This document shows, in pieces, positions 45,096-54,840 of a stretch of 64,000 nt of DNA. The position numbers and the translations under genes are program-made. Location: contig JAHFLL010000001.1 in assembly GCA_023244895.1 (NCBI GenBank), positions 553,802 to 617,801 of the forward strand, given 5' to 3'. The stretch is from Candidatus Liptonbacteria bacterium. Lineage in GTDB: Bacteria > Patescibacteriota > Minisyncoccia > UBA6257 > 2-01-FULL-56-20. The notes beneath the pieces were generated by a model. It saw nothing but the letters and a program-made list of their open reading frames with translations, had not been told where the DNA came from and searched no databases. How positions within the stretch are numbered: the first letter of the stretch is position 1; every line of letters begins with the position of its first letter.

Positions 45096-45659
45096 CTACA
45101 GAGTCAACATGCTGCCGGTTTCATATACGGTAGTTACCGTACCACCATCCGTTGTCTCTACGTCACCACTGCCTCCGTTGGAGTAGCGAATACTTTCCAT
45201 GTTGGCGGCCAACTTGAAAGCATTATACGTACTTGTCGCGGCAAAGCCGTAAAAGTACGTACCGTTGTTGATGGGGTCAACCGGGAGCAGGCTGAAGGGA
45301 GCACCAGACGAAATAGCCGCAAAATTAACTGGTACCCAGCCGGTGCCATTGACCGCGGCTCCAGCAGTGGTTGTGGTAGTAATTTGAGTTCCAAAATACC
45401 CTCCACAACGTGTCCCAACCGTACTCGTGGTCGCGTAGCAGGTCGTCATTCCCATACCCCAAGTCGTCTGCCCGTCCGCCAAATAGAGAGAAACCGCGCT
45501 CTTGATGGTGGACAAATCCGAGACACGATTTGAGTCTCTGGCTTGCTTCAGCAGCTCGGCCGGGTTAAGGGTCAAAATAACTACCACCGACAAGACCGCG
45601 ACTATCGCGATAACGACCAGAAGCTCGATAAGAGTAAAACCTTTTTGTTTCTTAGTCAT
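45096..45659 (-). CDS. Type IV major pilin (paralog 3)
   Basis: Same prepilin motif; the middle of the protein differs from paralog 2. Confidence 0.85.
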   Translation of the reverse strand: MTKKQKGFTLIELLVVIAIVAVLSVVVILTLNPAELLKQARDSNRVSDLSTIKSAVSLYLADGQTTWGMGMTTCYATTSTVGTRCGGYFGTQITTTTTAGAAVNGTGWVPVNFAAISSGAPFSLLPVDPINNGTYFYGFAATSTYNAFKLAANMESIRYSNGGSGDVETTDGGTVTTVYETGSMLTL

Positions 45660-45754
45660 ATGTAAAACAGAACAAAACCTAACTCGACCTTTCTAATATA
45701 ACTACCCCTTAAATTGTAACATATTCCTCCAAGTGGCTTCTGTGGATAATTAAC

Positions 45755-46447
45755 TTATCTGGCACCAAATGCCGGCGGGGGGTCAGCCTCAAAAAGAACT
45801 CTTTTCCCGGGCTCTATTTCTAGTCCCAGAGAGAAAGCATGAAGTTTCATGCGCCCTTTTACGGAGCGTTCCGACTTGTTGCCGTAGACCGGGTCCCCTA
45901 TTATGGGGTGTCCAATACTTGCCAGGTGAACTCTAATCTGATGAGTGCGCCCCGTTTTGGGCGAAACTTCCAAGAGGCACGCCTTCCGACCATCGTATTC
46001 CCGACATTCTTTGAGGGCATAATCCGTTACCGCCTCCTTGGCCATCTTTCCGGAATGAATACTACGGCGGATGCTTCCGGGACGAATACCTATGGGCGAA
46101 TCTATGGTACCGGAATCCTTCTTGGGAATTCCCCAAACCCAAGCCAAATATTTCTTTTCTATTTTCCTACCCCCGAAGAGAGATTTTAGATATTCAAAAT
46201 ATTTTTGCTTGCGGGCCAGAACCATAATGCCAGAAGTGTCTCTATCTAGACGATGCACTATGCCGGGACGGCTTACGGGGTCGTCTCCTACTTTTTTCAT
46301 CTCGGGATAGCGATTCGCTATCCAGTCCACCAGGGTCTTCCCCATTTCCTTACCAAGCACACCGTGCACCAAAAGCCCGGCGGGCTTATTGATAACCACC
46401 ATATTTTCGTTCTCGAAAATGACTAGCGGTTGTGAATCTTCTTTCAT
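45755..46447 (-). CDS. Pseudouridine synthase, RluA family
   Basis: HRLDRDTSG catalytic motif. Confidence 0.85.
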   Translation of the reverse strand: MKEDSQPLVIFENENMVVINKPAGLLVHGVLGKEMGKTLVDWIANRYPEMKKVGDDPVSRPGIVHRLDRDTSGIMVLARKQKYFEYLKSLFGGRKIEKKYLAWVWGIPKKDSGTIDSPIGIRPGSIRRSIHSGKMAKEAVTDYALKECREYDGRKACLLEVSPKTGRTHQIRVHLASIGHPIIGDPVYGNKSERSVKGRMKLHAFSLGLEIEPGKRVLFEADPPPAFGAR

Positions 46448-46451
46448 TTAG

Positions 46452-46523
46452 TGGGCACAGAAGGAATCGGACCTTCGACCTCTGTCTTATCAGGACAGCG
46501 TTCTACCACTGAACTATGTGCCC
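46452..46523 (-). tRNA. tRNA-Ile (anticodon GAT)
   Basis: Cloverleaf: gggcaca/tgtgccc acceptor, anticodon loop ct-GAT-aa, T-loop ggttcgattcc. Confidence 0.85.
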
Positions 46524-46571
46524 AAACGGCAGTAATAATATAAGGAAGTTCTAATTAAATTTCAAATCTCG

Positions 46572-46643
46572 TGCGCCTTGGAGGGATCGGACCTCCGACC
46601 TTTTCGATGTCAACGAAACGCTCTACCACTGAGCTAAAGGCGC
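46572..46643 (-). tRNA. tRNA-Val (anticodon GAC)
   Basis: Cloverleaf: gcgcctt/aaggcgc acceptor, anticodon loop tt-GAC-at, T-loop ggtccgatccc. Confidence 0.85.
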
Positions 46644-46705
46644 ATATCGCCTCTTCCGAGAAGCGATGATTTCGAAGTATAGACTATCTTAAAATAAAGA
46701 TATTA

Positions 46706-46951
46706 TCAATCTTGGAGACCGCTTTCCAATTTTTGAAGGGCTTTCCTCTGCTCTAGAACATCCTTGGCATCTTTCAGATTAAAGTCTACCGAAGCGGTCG
46801 CGCCTTTATTAATCGTAGTGGCCTCGCTAGCTATTTTTATCATGTTCACTATGCCGTAAACGTAGAAAAATGCTATCACGCCAACAATCGCAAGCGCGTA
46901 AAAAGCTAAAAATATTTCCTGATAGTTCTGATACGCTTTCTTCAAGTTCAT
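46706..46951 (-). CDS. Small membrane protein (hypothetical)
   Basis: 81 aa, one TM, charged coiled C-terminus. Confidence 0.35.
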   Translation of the reverse strand: MNLKKAYQNYQEIFLAFYALAIVGVIAFFYVYGIVNMIKIASEATTINKGATASVDFNLKDAKDVLEQRKALQKLESGLQD

Positions 46952-47499
46952 AATTTTTCGCCAAGGGCGTGCTTGTAGTAGATCTTGCCTTTCGCCACCA
47001 ATTGATACTTATCAGACTGCCTAGTTATATCCATGGTTTCTAAAGTTATCAGATAACTTGTAGATCTAGATTCTATCTCTCGCATAAAAAGGATCAGAGC
47101 GGAATAGTCCCCATTCGCAACTATGGTGAAATAGCTGAAGGCGGGTAGGCCATCTTGAGCCGTACCAGACATTTCTAAATTAGAGGCTACGCTCACCCTC
47201 GGGCCGCTGGCCACCTGTTCCAACCAAGACTTCAAAAGTATCAGCTTGTCTTCTATGGGCAATATTTGTTCAATTTGCTTCTGATACTCATCTATTTCTT
47301 CGGACCCCTGCTTGAGTCTGGCCAGAACCTCAAGGGAGTTCGCGTTTGCAGCCGCGTCGTTTCTTAATTTTGATATTTTACCCGCGAGCAGTGTCATATC
47401 GTTCTTAAGCCAATAGGCTGATGCCCCGAAAGCGACTACCGCCACAAGTATAAGCAGGGTACTCCAGAGCACTTTGCGATTATATGACTTCTCTTCCAT
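46948..47499 (-). CDS. Membrane-anchored coiled-coil protein, possibly PilO-like
   Basis: N-terminal TM + coiled coil + small alpha/beta C-domain; the PilO assignment is tentative. Confidence 0.35.
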   Translation of the reverse strand: MEEKSYNRKVLWSTLLILVAVVAFGASAYWLKNDMTLLAGKISKLRNDAAANANSLEVLARLKQGSEEIDEYQKQIEQILPIEDKLILLKSWLEQVASGPRVSVASNLEMSGTAQDGLPAFSYFTIVANGDYSALILFMREIESRSTSYLITLETMDITRQSDKYQLVAKGKIYYKHALGEKL

Positions 47500-47555
47500 T
47501 GCAAAATAATTCTAGCATATTTTGGGACTCCGCATTACATGTTAAACTGGAAGGA

Positions 47556-48593
47556 ATGGCAGACCCCGAGGAGGCATTTTTTTATCATGCCTTAAATATT
47601 CTGTGTCGTTCCGATTATTCCCAGATAAATTCCATCCGGAAAAAATTTGTAAACTGGCAAGAGGCCTGGCGGGAACTTGGCAACCACAAGATAGATCCTC
47701 AAGAAGAACATCTTAAACTGGAAAAAGCCGGTATAAAAATAGTTCTTCGGGAAAATAAGGATTATCCCGCGTTGCTCAGGGAAATAGCTCATCCACCTTT
47801 CGGAATATATTTTTCCGGCAAAGACATTAAGACTCTCAAAAATCCGGCAATTGCCATAGTGGGAACCCGTAAGGCTACTCCAGAGGGTAAAGAGTCAGCG
47901 CGACATTTTGCGGGCAGACTCGCAGAGGGCGGATTATCCGTTGTGAGCGGACTCGCTTTAGGCATGGATGCGGCCGCGCACGAAGGGTGCTTGGATAAAA
48001 ACGGTATCACCCTCGCGGTTCTGCCCGGCGGGCTGGATCGCGTCTATCCTCGTCTCCACGAGAATCTTGCGCGCAGAATTCTAGACGCGGGTGGCGCGCT
48101 CATCTCAGAATACCCGCCCGGCACGCCCATCCAGCCCTATCGTTTCTTAGAAAGAAATCGGATCGTGAGCGGACTCGCGAGGGGCATACTAGTGATTGAG
48201 GCAGGATTGCGCTCCGGCTCGCTCGCCTCCGCGCGCTTCGCCACCGAACAGAATCGGGACGTATTCGTTCTGCCTGGCTCCGTGAAGCATCCTAATTATA
48301 AAGGTTCCAACTTGCTTATTCGGGCCGGAGCGGAGCTGGTCACCGAGCCAGAGCAAATACTCCAAGATTGGGGCATGTTGCCGGAAGAGAACAAATCTGA
48401 GATAAGATCGGACGACGAACTAGAAATAGTCGCCATACTCCAAGTCCTCCTCTCCCATAAGTCGCCGCTTGAAATTGACAAAATCGCGGAACTGGCTAAG
48501 CTGGACACTCAAACCGTAAGCCAGGCGCTTTCTTTACTCGTATTAACTGATAGAATAAACGAAAGCCCGCTGGGCTATTCTCCCAAAAAATGA
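47556..48593 (+). CDS. dprA: DNA processing protein DprA (Smf)
   Basis: Rossmann-like DprA core (AIVGTRKATPEG..., GLALGMDAAAHEG), C-terminal winged-helix-like tail; start trimmed to MADPEEAFF. Confidence 0.85.
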   Translation: MADPEEAFFYHALNILCRSDYSQINSIRKKFVNWQEAWRELGNHKIDPQEEHLKLEKAGIKIVLRENKDYPALLREIAHPPFGIYFSGKDIKTLKNPAIAIVGTRKATPEGKESARHFAGRLAEGGLSVVSGLALGMDAAAHEGCLDKNGITLAVLPGGLDRVYPRLHENLARRILDAGGALISEYPPGTPIQPYRFLERNRIVSGLARGILVIEAGLRSGSLASARFATEQNRDVFVLPGSVKHPNYKGSNLLIRAGAELVTEPEQILQDWGMLPEENKSEIRSDDELEIVAILQVLLSHKSPLEIDKIAELAKLDTQTVSQALSLLVLTDRINESPLGYSPKK

Positions 48594-50719
48594 AGTCTCA
48601 AACGCTAGTCATAGTAGAGAGCCCCACTAAGGCAAAAACCATTGGCCAATTTTTAAAGTCCGGCTACAAAGTAGAATCTTCTTATGGTCACATCCGTGAC
48701 TTGCCCAAAAGTAGGCTGGGCATTGATTTAGAGAACGATTTTGAGCCGCAATACATCATCCCGGTCAAGAGCAAAAAGAGAGTAACCGAACTCAAGAAAC
48801 TAGCCGCCAAGGCGGATAAGGTAGTGCTCGCAACTGACGAAGACCGCGAAGGAGAAGCCATTGCTTGGCACTTGGCCCAAGCGTTAAACCTGGGAGGTGT
48901 CAAACAGCCTTCTTCCACTAAAGCAATAAAAGGCAAAGGCGCAGTAGATCCTAAGACGCAGGCGGTGGAGCGCATTGTATTCCACGAGATAACCGAACAT
49001 GCCATAAAGGAGGCGCTCCAAAATCCACGCGAATTAGATTTAGACATGGTGGATGCCCAACAGGCCAGGCGCATACTGGATCGCATTGTAGGCTATAAGC
49101 TCTCCCCTTTCTTATGGAAGAAGGTCCAGCGTGGGTTATCCGCCGGCCGAGTGCAATCCGCGGCACTGCGACTTATAGTGGACCGGGAAGAGGAGATAAA
49201 AAAATTCCAGAACCAAGAATATTGGTCGCTTATTGCTAAGCTAAAATCTGACAAGGGAGAGTTCGGAGCGGAACTTTACAAAATTGGCGACAAGGACCTG
49301 GATAAGATGGAGATAGAGAGCGAAGTTAAGGCTAAGCGTATTATGTCTGACCTCGCGGGCGCGTCTTTTAAAATAGCCGAGATAGAGCGGAAAGAAACCG
49401 GCAAAAATCCTCTGCCGCCATTTACCACTAGCACCCTGCAACAGACCGCCGCGCAAAAGATTGGTTTTTCCGCGGGACGCACCATGCGCGCCGCGCAACA
49501 TCTATATGAGAACGGACTTATAACTTATATGCGCACCGATTCGGTTAATCTAGCCACAGAAGCTGTTACTGCCGGCAGAACCTGGATAGAGGAAAATCTA
49601 GGGGGTAAATACCTGCCGGACGCACCCCGTCGTTTCAAGAATAAGTCTCGCCTGGCGCAAGAAGCACATGAAGCCATCCGTCCAACTAAGCCAAATCTCA
49701 CGCCGGAAAATTTTACCGGCGAACCGGATGAGGCGAAACTTTATAATCTCATTTGGCGCAGATTTATCGCCTGCCAGATGAACCCCGCCGTCTTTGACGC
49801 GCTTCGGATTGAGGTTTTGGCGGAAAAGAAAAACATACCCTCCCACCACTTCCGAGCGAACGGCAGCACCTTGCGCTTTGATGGGTTTTTAAAAATATGG
49901 ATCACCAAGCTGGAGGAAACAGAATTGCCCGCGCTCCAGAAAAGCGACCGAATAGAGTTTTTGGAATGGCTACCGGAACAACATTTTACCCAGCCCCCCG
50001 CACGCTACAATGAAGCCAGCCTAATCAAAACATTGGAACAATACGGTATTGGCCGTCCCTCTACCTACGCGCCGATTATCTATGTTATCCAGGCCAGAGA
50101 CTACGTGGAGAAACAACAGGGTAGATTTTTCCCGACCGAAATCGGGACCAAGGTCAGCAATGTTATGACGGAGAACTTCAAAGATATAGTCGACATACAA
50201 TTTACAGCAAAAATGGAAGAAGAACTGGACAACATCGCGGAGGGTAAACGGGAGTGGCGCAAGGTCTTGCACGAATTCTACGACCCCTTTACTAAAAATC
50301 TGGCGGAAAAATACGAGACCGTGGCGGATAAGGCAATCGTGAACGAACCGACGGATGAGGTCTGCGAAAAATGCGGTAAGCCTATGGTTATAAAACTAGG
50401 AAGATTCGGCAGGTTTATGGCTTGCACCGGCTACCCGGAATGCAAGACCACTAAGGCCATCAAAGAACCACCCAAGAAAACTGGCATAACCTGTCCCAAA
50501 TGCAAACAAGATGAGCTAATTGAGAAGAAGGTCTCCCGCAAGGGCCGCGCCAGGGGAAAAATGTTTTGGGGTTGCAACCGTTACCCCGACTGCGACTACG
50601 CTACCTGGACCGACCCCACTAGAATCACCCCGGTTTATGACCCGGTGAAAGATGCGGAAATGAAGGCCGCGCGCGAGGCTAGAAAGGAGAAGTACGCGGG
50701 TCAAGCCAAAAAGAAATAG
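48590..50719 (+). CDS. topA: DNA topoisomerase I
   Basis: TOPRIM (LVIVESPTKAKTI), active-site Tyr region, C-terminal Cys4 zinc ribbons. Confidence 0.92.
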   Translation: MKSQTLVIVESPTKAKTIGQFLKSGYKVESSYGHIRDLPKSRLGIDLENDFEPQYIIPVKSKKRVTELKKLAAKADKVVLATDEDREGEAIAWHLAQALNLGGVKQPSSTKAIKGKGAVDPKTQAVERIVFHEITEHAIKEALQNPRELDLDMVDAQQARRILDRIVGYKLSPFLWKKVQRGLSAGRVQSAALRLIVDREEEIKKFQNQEYWSLIAKLKSDKGEFGAELYKIGDKDLDKMEIESEVKAKRIMSDLAGASFKIAEIERKETGKNPLPPFTTSTLQQTAAQKIGFSAGRTMRAAQHLYENGLITYMRTDSVNLATEAVTAGRTWIEENLGGKYLPDAPRRFKNKSRLAQEAHEAIRPTKPNLTPENFTGEPDEAKLYNLIWRRFIACQMNPAVFDALRIEVLAEKKNIPSHHFRANGSTLRFDGFLKIWITKLEETELPALQKSDRIEFLEWLPEQHFTQPPARYNEASLIKTLEQYGIGRPSTYAPIIYVIQARDYVEKQQGRFFPTEIGTKVSNVMTENFKDIVDIQFTAKMEEELDNIAEGKREWRKVLHEFYDPFTKNLAEKYETVADKAIVNEPTDEVCEKCGKPMVIKLGRFGRFMACTGYPECKTTKAIKEPPKKTGITCPKCKQDELIEKKVSRKGRARGKMFWGCNRYPDCDYATWTDPTRITPVYDPVKDAEMKAAREARKEKYAGQAKKK

Positions 50720-50734
50720 TGTAGCTTTAATAAA

Positions 50735-50768
50735 ACAACCCCCGCCGAGCGGGGGTTGTTTTATTACA
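50735..50768. terminator. Bidirectional terminator between topA and the giant surface-protein gene
   Basis: aaaacaaccccc-gccgagc-gggggttgtttt. Confidence 0.55.
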
Positions 50769-50780
50769 TACAGAGATAGT

Positions 50781-53700
50781 CTACTGCGCCAATTTACGGA
50801 GCATCTCTTCCAACATCGCGCGCATAGTATCAAGCGTATTGGCCATCTGATTTTGAGAGCTTGCGTTGATGGTAGCAGCGGACGCAGTTGGCACACTGCC
50901 AACCATATAAGCCACATAGTTTATACCGATGGGCATCAAATTGATTGGCAAGGTTAGTCCCGTAGTCGCATCGGGATCCAGGCCATCTGTATATTTAACA
51001 TCTGTATTTGAGCTTATGGAGGCCTGTAGAGATTGCGCCACGCCGGTTCCAGCCGCAGTCTTAGTAGAATCTACCCTTAATTTAAGCGCGCTGCTGGCTC
51101 CTGCCGGAATTACCCAACCATTTACCCCGCTCGGGAAGTGCCATGTCTTAGAACACGTATTCTGACCCGTGCAAGGCGCGGAGGAATTTACTGTCGCCCC
51201 GTAACTGCTTGCAACATCCACCATGTTGGAGTCAAACAGCTTAACCCCATCTAAGAACAGGCTGCTTGGAGCCGTTCCGCCGAAAGTAACCGTTAAATCA
51301 TTCAGTACTGCCGTCCCGGCCGGGTCGGCGGATACGATTATATTCCCAAGGTCATCGGCCATGGTTTTAATGCGGTTAGAGGTTACGCCCAACGGACTAG
51401 CAGAAACGTTAATCTTCGTACGAATCACGTTTAAGGGATTGGAAACGGGCGCGCTGTAGTCTGTGCCAAGCTGTATTATGGATGCGGTATTGGAGGCGCT
51501 GCTTACGGCCGATATGTCCGAGATATTTCTAATGGAGAAAATGTGTTTGGAATTATCAGTCACACTGCCGGAAGCATAACTTAATACATCCGCCTTAACG
51601 GTCAACGAGATGGAGCTATTACGAGGCAACACTAGCGGACTACCCAACACGAATTTGTAGTAGTAACCATCGGCAGAAGAACCGTCCACATATCCCGCTA
51701 CCGCGATACGCTCTGTGCCTTTATATAAAGACACATTGCTTATCCCAGACTTCGCACCAGCCGAATTCTGATGGATTTTTAGTTCCGTAACTTTCACGTC
51801 TCCCGCATTGGAAGTTTCGGTCAAATTCAAAGCGAGTATTTTGACTCCAGTCGCGCCCATAACCACCTGACTAGCCATAGGAGCATTGGCCGCGTCGTTC
51901 GTCACTCTGACTGTCGTCTGAACTATGGGCGGACCCGTTGGCACCCAGTCCTGCTTGGATTCGTCCCACTTGTAGTACTCCCCGTTCCGCCAGATATTTG
52001 CCGCGGAAGCGGCATACGGTCCATTGCCGTAAGCGGTTACTTCGTTGATGGTGATGCGCAGGTCCTTGTTAGTGTCCGCGGGGTGGTAGGTTTTGTCTAC
52101 CACAGATGGGACGATCTTATTGCTAGGCGCATAAGCAGGTAGTCCTATCACTTGACCTGGACCGGTTAAAGATTTAAGTCCGAGAGAAAAGTTCACCTCG
52201 CCTGGAGAAGAGCTTGGCATTATGTCTGCAAGTACGACCAGGTTTACCGTGGAACCGGCTGGAAGGACCCAGCCATTGGATACTGGAACCTCTATGGAGG
52301 GAAACGTCATCACCGGATTAACATTCGGGCCAACTTGCTGATTACCCGCCCAGAGCCTGATATTACCCAAATCATTAGCATAAGACTTAACATCCGCGCA
52401 ACCCTGACAAACTAAACTGATCGAGTTCACCTGGACATCTCTAGCCGAGGAAGCTGTCAGGCTGAAAGAAGCTATTTTCGCTCCCGCCGTTCCCCTGGTA
52501 AATGTCTGCCCGCCAACATAAGAAACGTCCCTAGAGATACTCAGAATAGAACCCGAGACTGCCGTCGGCACCCAATCTTGTTTCACGGGGTCCCACTTGT
52601 AGACTTCGCCATTGCGCCAGATATTCTGGGCGGAAGCGGCATATTGCCCGTTGCCATAGGCGGTAACTTCGCTAATGGTGATGCGCAGGTCTTTGTTGGT
52701 GTCGGCGGGGTGGTAGGTTTTGTCCGCTACGATGACAAAGGCTGCATCGCTAACATCGCTTGCGCTCGGACCCTTATCTGCCGAGCCCACCATAATCTTA
52801 TATGAACCTACGTACTTGAAATCGCTCGGTATGGTCCAGGCATAATAACCGGTATTCGGAACCATGGATGCTATAACACCAGCAACATTGCCATACATAT
52901 CGGCGGAGGTAAGGGGCATGCCATTTGCATCAGCCAGTTGTATGATCACGCTTAAGCTCCCGAGATTAGCCGATTTCCAGGTGATATAATTCTTTGTACC
53001 GGTCTGCCAGCTCTCTCCCCCGTTTGGAGAAATAATTGTGATAGATGGGGCTTGAGCGGCAGTCGGCACCCAATCTTGTTTCACGGGGTCCCACTTGTAG
53101 ACTTCGCCATTGCGCCAGATATTCTGGGCGGAAGCGGCATATTGCCCGTTGCCATAGGCGGTAACTTCGCTAATGGTGATGCGCAGGTCTTTGTTGGTGT
53201 CGGCGGGGTGGTAGGTTTTGTCTACCCCAACAATTGCAAACGGCGCATTGCTCTCGTCACTGGACGTTAAGTTTGCCGAATTATAAATCGTGACCGTATA
53301 TCTCCCCGCCGCTAGCGTTGCCGGCACGCTCCACTCGTAGAAACCAGTATTTAACGCCTTCTCTGCAATCGTCATAACTTGAGTAGAGTAAAGCGCAGTA
53401 CAAGTCGTACCAACAGAAGAGTTGCATTCGTATAGTTTATTAAGTGCAATCTTTACATCAGACACGGAAGATGGCGCCGACCACTTGATTGTCTGTCGCG
53501 CTCCCATCTGCCAGCTCTCTCCTCCATTAGGAGAAAGGACCTGGAGAATTGGCTGGGTGACCGTTCCACATGAAAACTTCGCGTATTCATTTTGTCCATC
53601 CATGGTCGTGGTAGCGTATCCTCCGCAGGAGCTCTTCCAGGACCTAGTTTCTCCCCTAATACCCTTCAGATCAACAACGCAAGCACCAATCCCAGAACAA

Positions 53701-54644
53701 CCGAGGGCATTGTAATCGCTCGAGTTAGAACTATTGCTTGCGAAGTAGCAATTCTGTTTATTTGTGGAATCTCCTTCAAACACGCATTTAACCTGCTCGG
53801 TGACTATTTCAGTAGAACCTCCCACCTGCACGGATATGCTCGCCTTGGCGGACTGGCCGTTCTGGTTGGTCACGTAGAAAACTGGATTATAGGTACCGGC
53901 GGATTGGTAAGAGTGCTCAAAGGTGGCAGACTGACTCACTACCTGCTTGCTTGACACGCCACTACCCGTGGCGTAAGCCACCTCGTCTCCCCAAACAACC
54001 GAATAACTAAGGTAGTCGTTATAATTGCCCGTAGCGCTTATCTTCCATACTCCTATTTCGCCTACCTTTATGGTGGTCGGACCACTCACTCCAGAAATAA
54101 CCGGAGGCTGTCCTGCCGGAACTGGCGGCTTTGTTTCTATCGGCTTCACGCAATTATATAAAGCATTCAGTTTCTTGCGGGTACTAGCGCCTACCAGTCC
54201 GCTACCGTATTTGAGGCCCACCGGAGCCAGAATCTCGCTACGATACTTTTCCTGTAGACCAGTCACGGAAGAAGCCGTGGATTCACCATATTCTTGACTG
54301 GCCAATTCGCCCGAATCAATAGTAAAACCTTCTTTCTGGAGAAGCATGTGTAAATAAGCCACATCCTGCCCCTTATTGCCCGCCCGAAGCGTATTGCGCA
54401 ATTCTCGGCAAGCAGATATAACCTGACCATACTTTACCGTTTCAGTCTTCTCTTGCGGAAGGGTCGGGGTGGCTGAACCACCTCCCCCATTCTGGTTTTG
54501 CTGATTAACCTGCTGCTGTAATGCGGCAATCTGCTGCATTATGGCATTTATCATCGACTGAATGTCCGAGGTGCTTTGGGCGAAACCGGTCGCTGGCAAA
54601 AGCAGGACCAGGCCCAATACGGAAACAACTAGTTTTTTAGTCAT
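50781..54644 (-). CDS. Giant (1287 aa) secreted protein: signal peptide, PG_binding_1-like domain, three about 165-aa repeats, Ser/Thr-rich regions (putative surface adhesin)
   Basis: Signal peptide MTKKLVVSVLGLVLLLPATGFA; PGBD-like (GNKGQDVAYLHMLLQKEGF...VTGLQEKY); three copies of VDKTYHPADTNKDLRITISEVTAYGNG.YAASA.NIWRNGE.YKWD. Confidence 0.8.
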   Translation of the reverse strand: MTKKLVVSVLGLVLLLPATGFAQSTSDIQSMINAIMQQIAALQQQVNQQNQNGGGGSATPTLPQEKTETVKYGQVISACRELRNTLRAGNKGQDVAYLHMLLQKEGFTIDSGELASQEYGESTASSVTGLQEKYRSEILAPVGLKYGSGLVGASTRKKLNALYNCVKPIETKPPVPAGQPPVISGVSGPTTIKVGEIGVWKISATGNYNDYLSYSVVWGDEVAYATGSGVSSKQVVSQSATFEHSYQSAGTYNPVFYVTNQNGQSAKASISVQVGGSTEIVTEQVKCVFEGDSTNKQNCYFASNSSNSSDYNALGCSGIGACVVDLKGIRGETRSWKSSCGGYATTTMDGQNEYAKFSCGTVTQPILQVLSPNGGESWQMGARQTIKWSAPSSVSDVKIALNKLYECNSSVGTTCTALYSTQVMTIAEKALNTGFYEWSVPATLAAGRYTVTIYNSANLTSSDESNAPFAIVGVDKTYHPADTNKDLRITISEVTAYGNGQYAASAQNIWRNGEVYKWDPVKQDWVPTAAQAPSITIISPNGGESWQTGTKNYITWKSANLGSLSVIIQLADANGMPLTSADMYGNVAGVIASMVPNTGYYAWTIPSDFKYVGSYKIMVGSADKGPSASDVSDAAFVIVADKTYHPADTNKDLRITISEVTAYGNGQYAASAQNIWRNGEVYKWDPVKQDWVPTAVSGSILSISRDVSYVGGQTFTRGTAGAKIASFSLTASSARDVQVNSISLVCQGCADVKSYANDLGNIRLWAGNQQVGPNVNPVMTFPSIEVPVSNGWVLPAGSTVNLVVLADIMPSSSPGEVNFSLGLKSLTGPGQVIGLPAYAPSNKIVPSVVDKTYHPADTNKDLRITINEVTAYGNGPYAASAANIWRNGEYYKWDESKQDWVPTGPPIVQTTVRVTNDAANAPMASQVVMGATGVKILALNLTETSNAGDVKVTELKIHQNSAGAKSGISNVSLYKGTERIAVAGYVDGSSADGYYYKFVLGSPLVLPRNSSISLTVKADVLSYASGSVTDNSKHIFSIRNISDISAVSSASNTASIIQLGTDYSAPVSNPLNVIRTKINVSASPLGVTSNRIKTMADDLGNIIVSADPAGTAVLNDLTVTFGGTAPSSLFLDGVKLFDSNMVDVASSYGATVNSSAPCTGQNTCSKTWHFPSGVNGWVIPAGASSALKLRVDSTKTAAGTGVAQSLQASISSNTDVKYTDGLDPDATTGLTLPINLMPIGINYVAYMVGSVPTASAATINASSQNQMANTLDTMRAMLEEMLRKLAQ
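52564..52724. repeat. 161-bp block identical to 53062..53222 (intragenic repeat in the giant gene); a diverged third copy lies near 51940..52097
   Basis: Direct reading: both copies read cacccaatcttgtttcacggggtcccacttgtagacttcgcc...ggtggtaggttttgtc. Confidence 0.8.
53062..53222. repeat. Second copy of the 161-bp intragenic repeat
   Basis: See the repeat at 52564..52724. Confidence 0.8.
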
Positions 54645-54840
54645 TTTATTGGTTTTGTGGGGACTTTTATGAGGTTATTATATCACAAACGTTTTAGACG
54701 TAAAATCCTCGTCCAATGCGTTCTGTGACAGCGAGAGAGTAAGATGGTTACACCCCCCTCGTCTTTCTTATAAATAGCGGGGTGTCAGGGTTGGGAAGGA
54801 AACACTTGCGCAACCTTAATTCCACACATACACTAGAACC

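Noticed and set aside
43795-45700. Repeated DNA blocks in the pilin region considered as a possible CRISPR-like array
   Set aside because: Repeats are 150-160 bp, in-frame coding segments of paralogous pilin genes, not short direct repeats with unique spacers.
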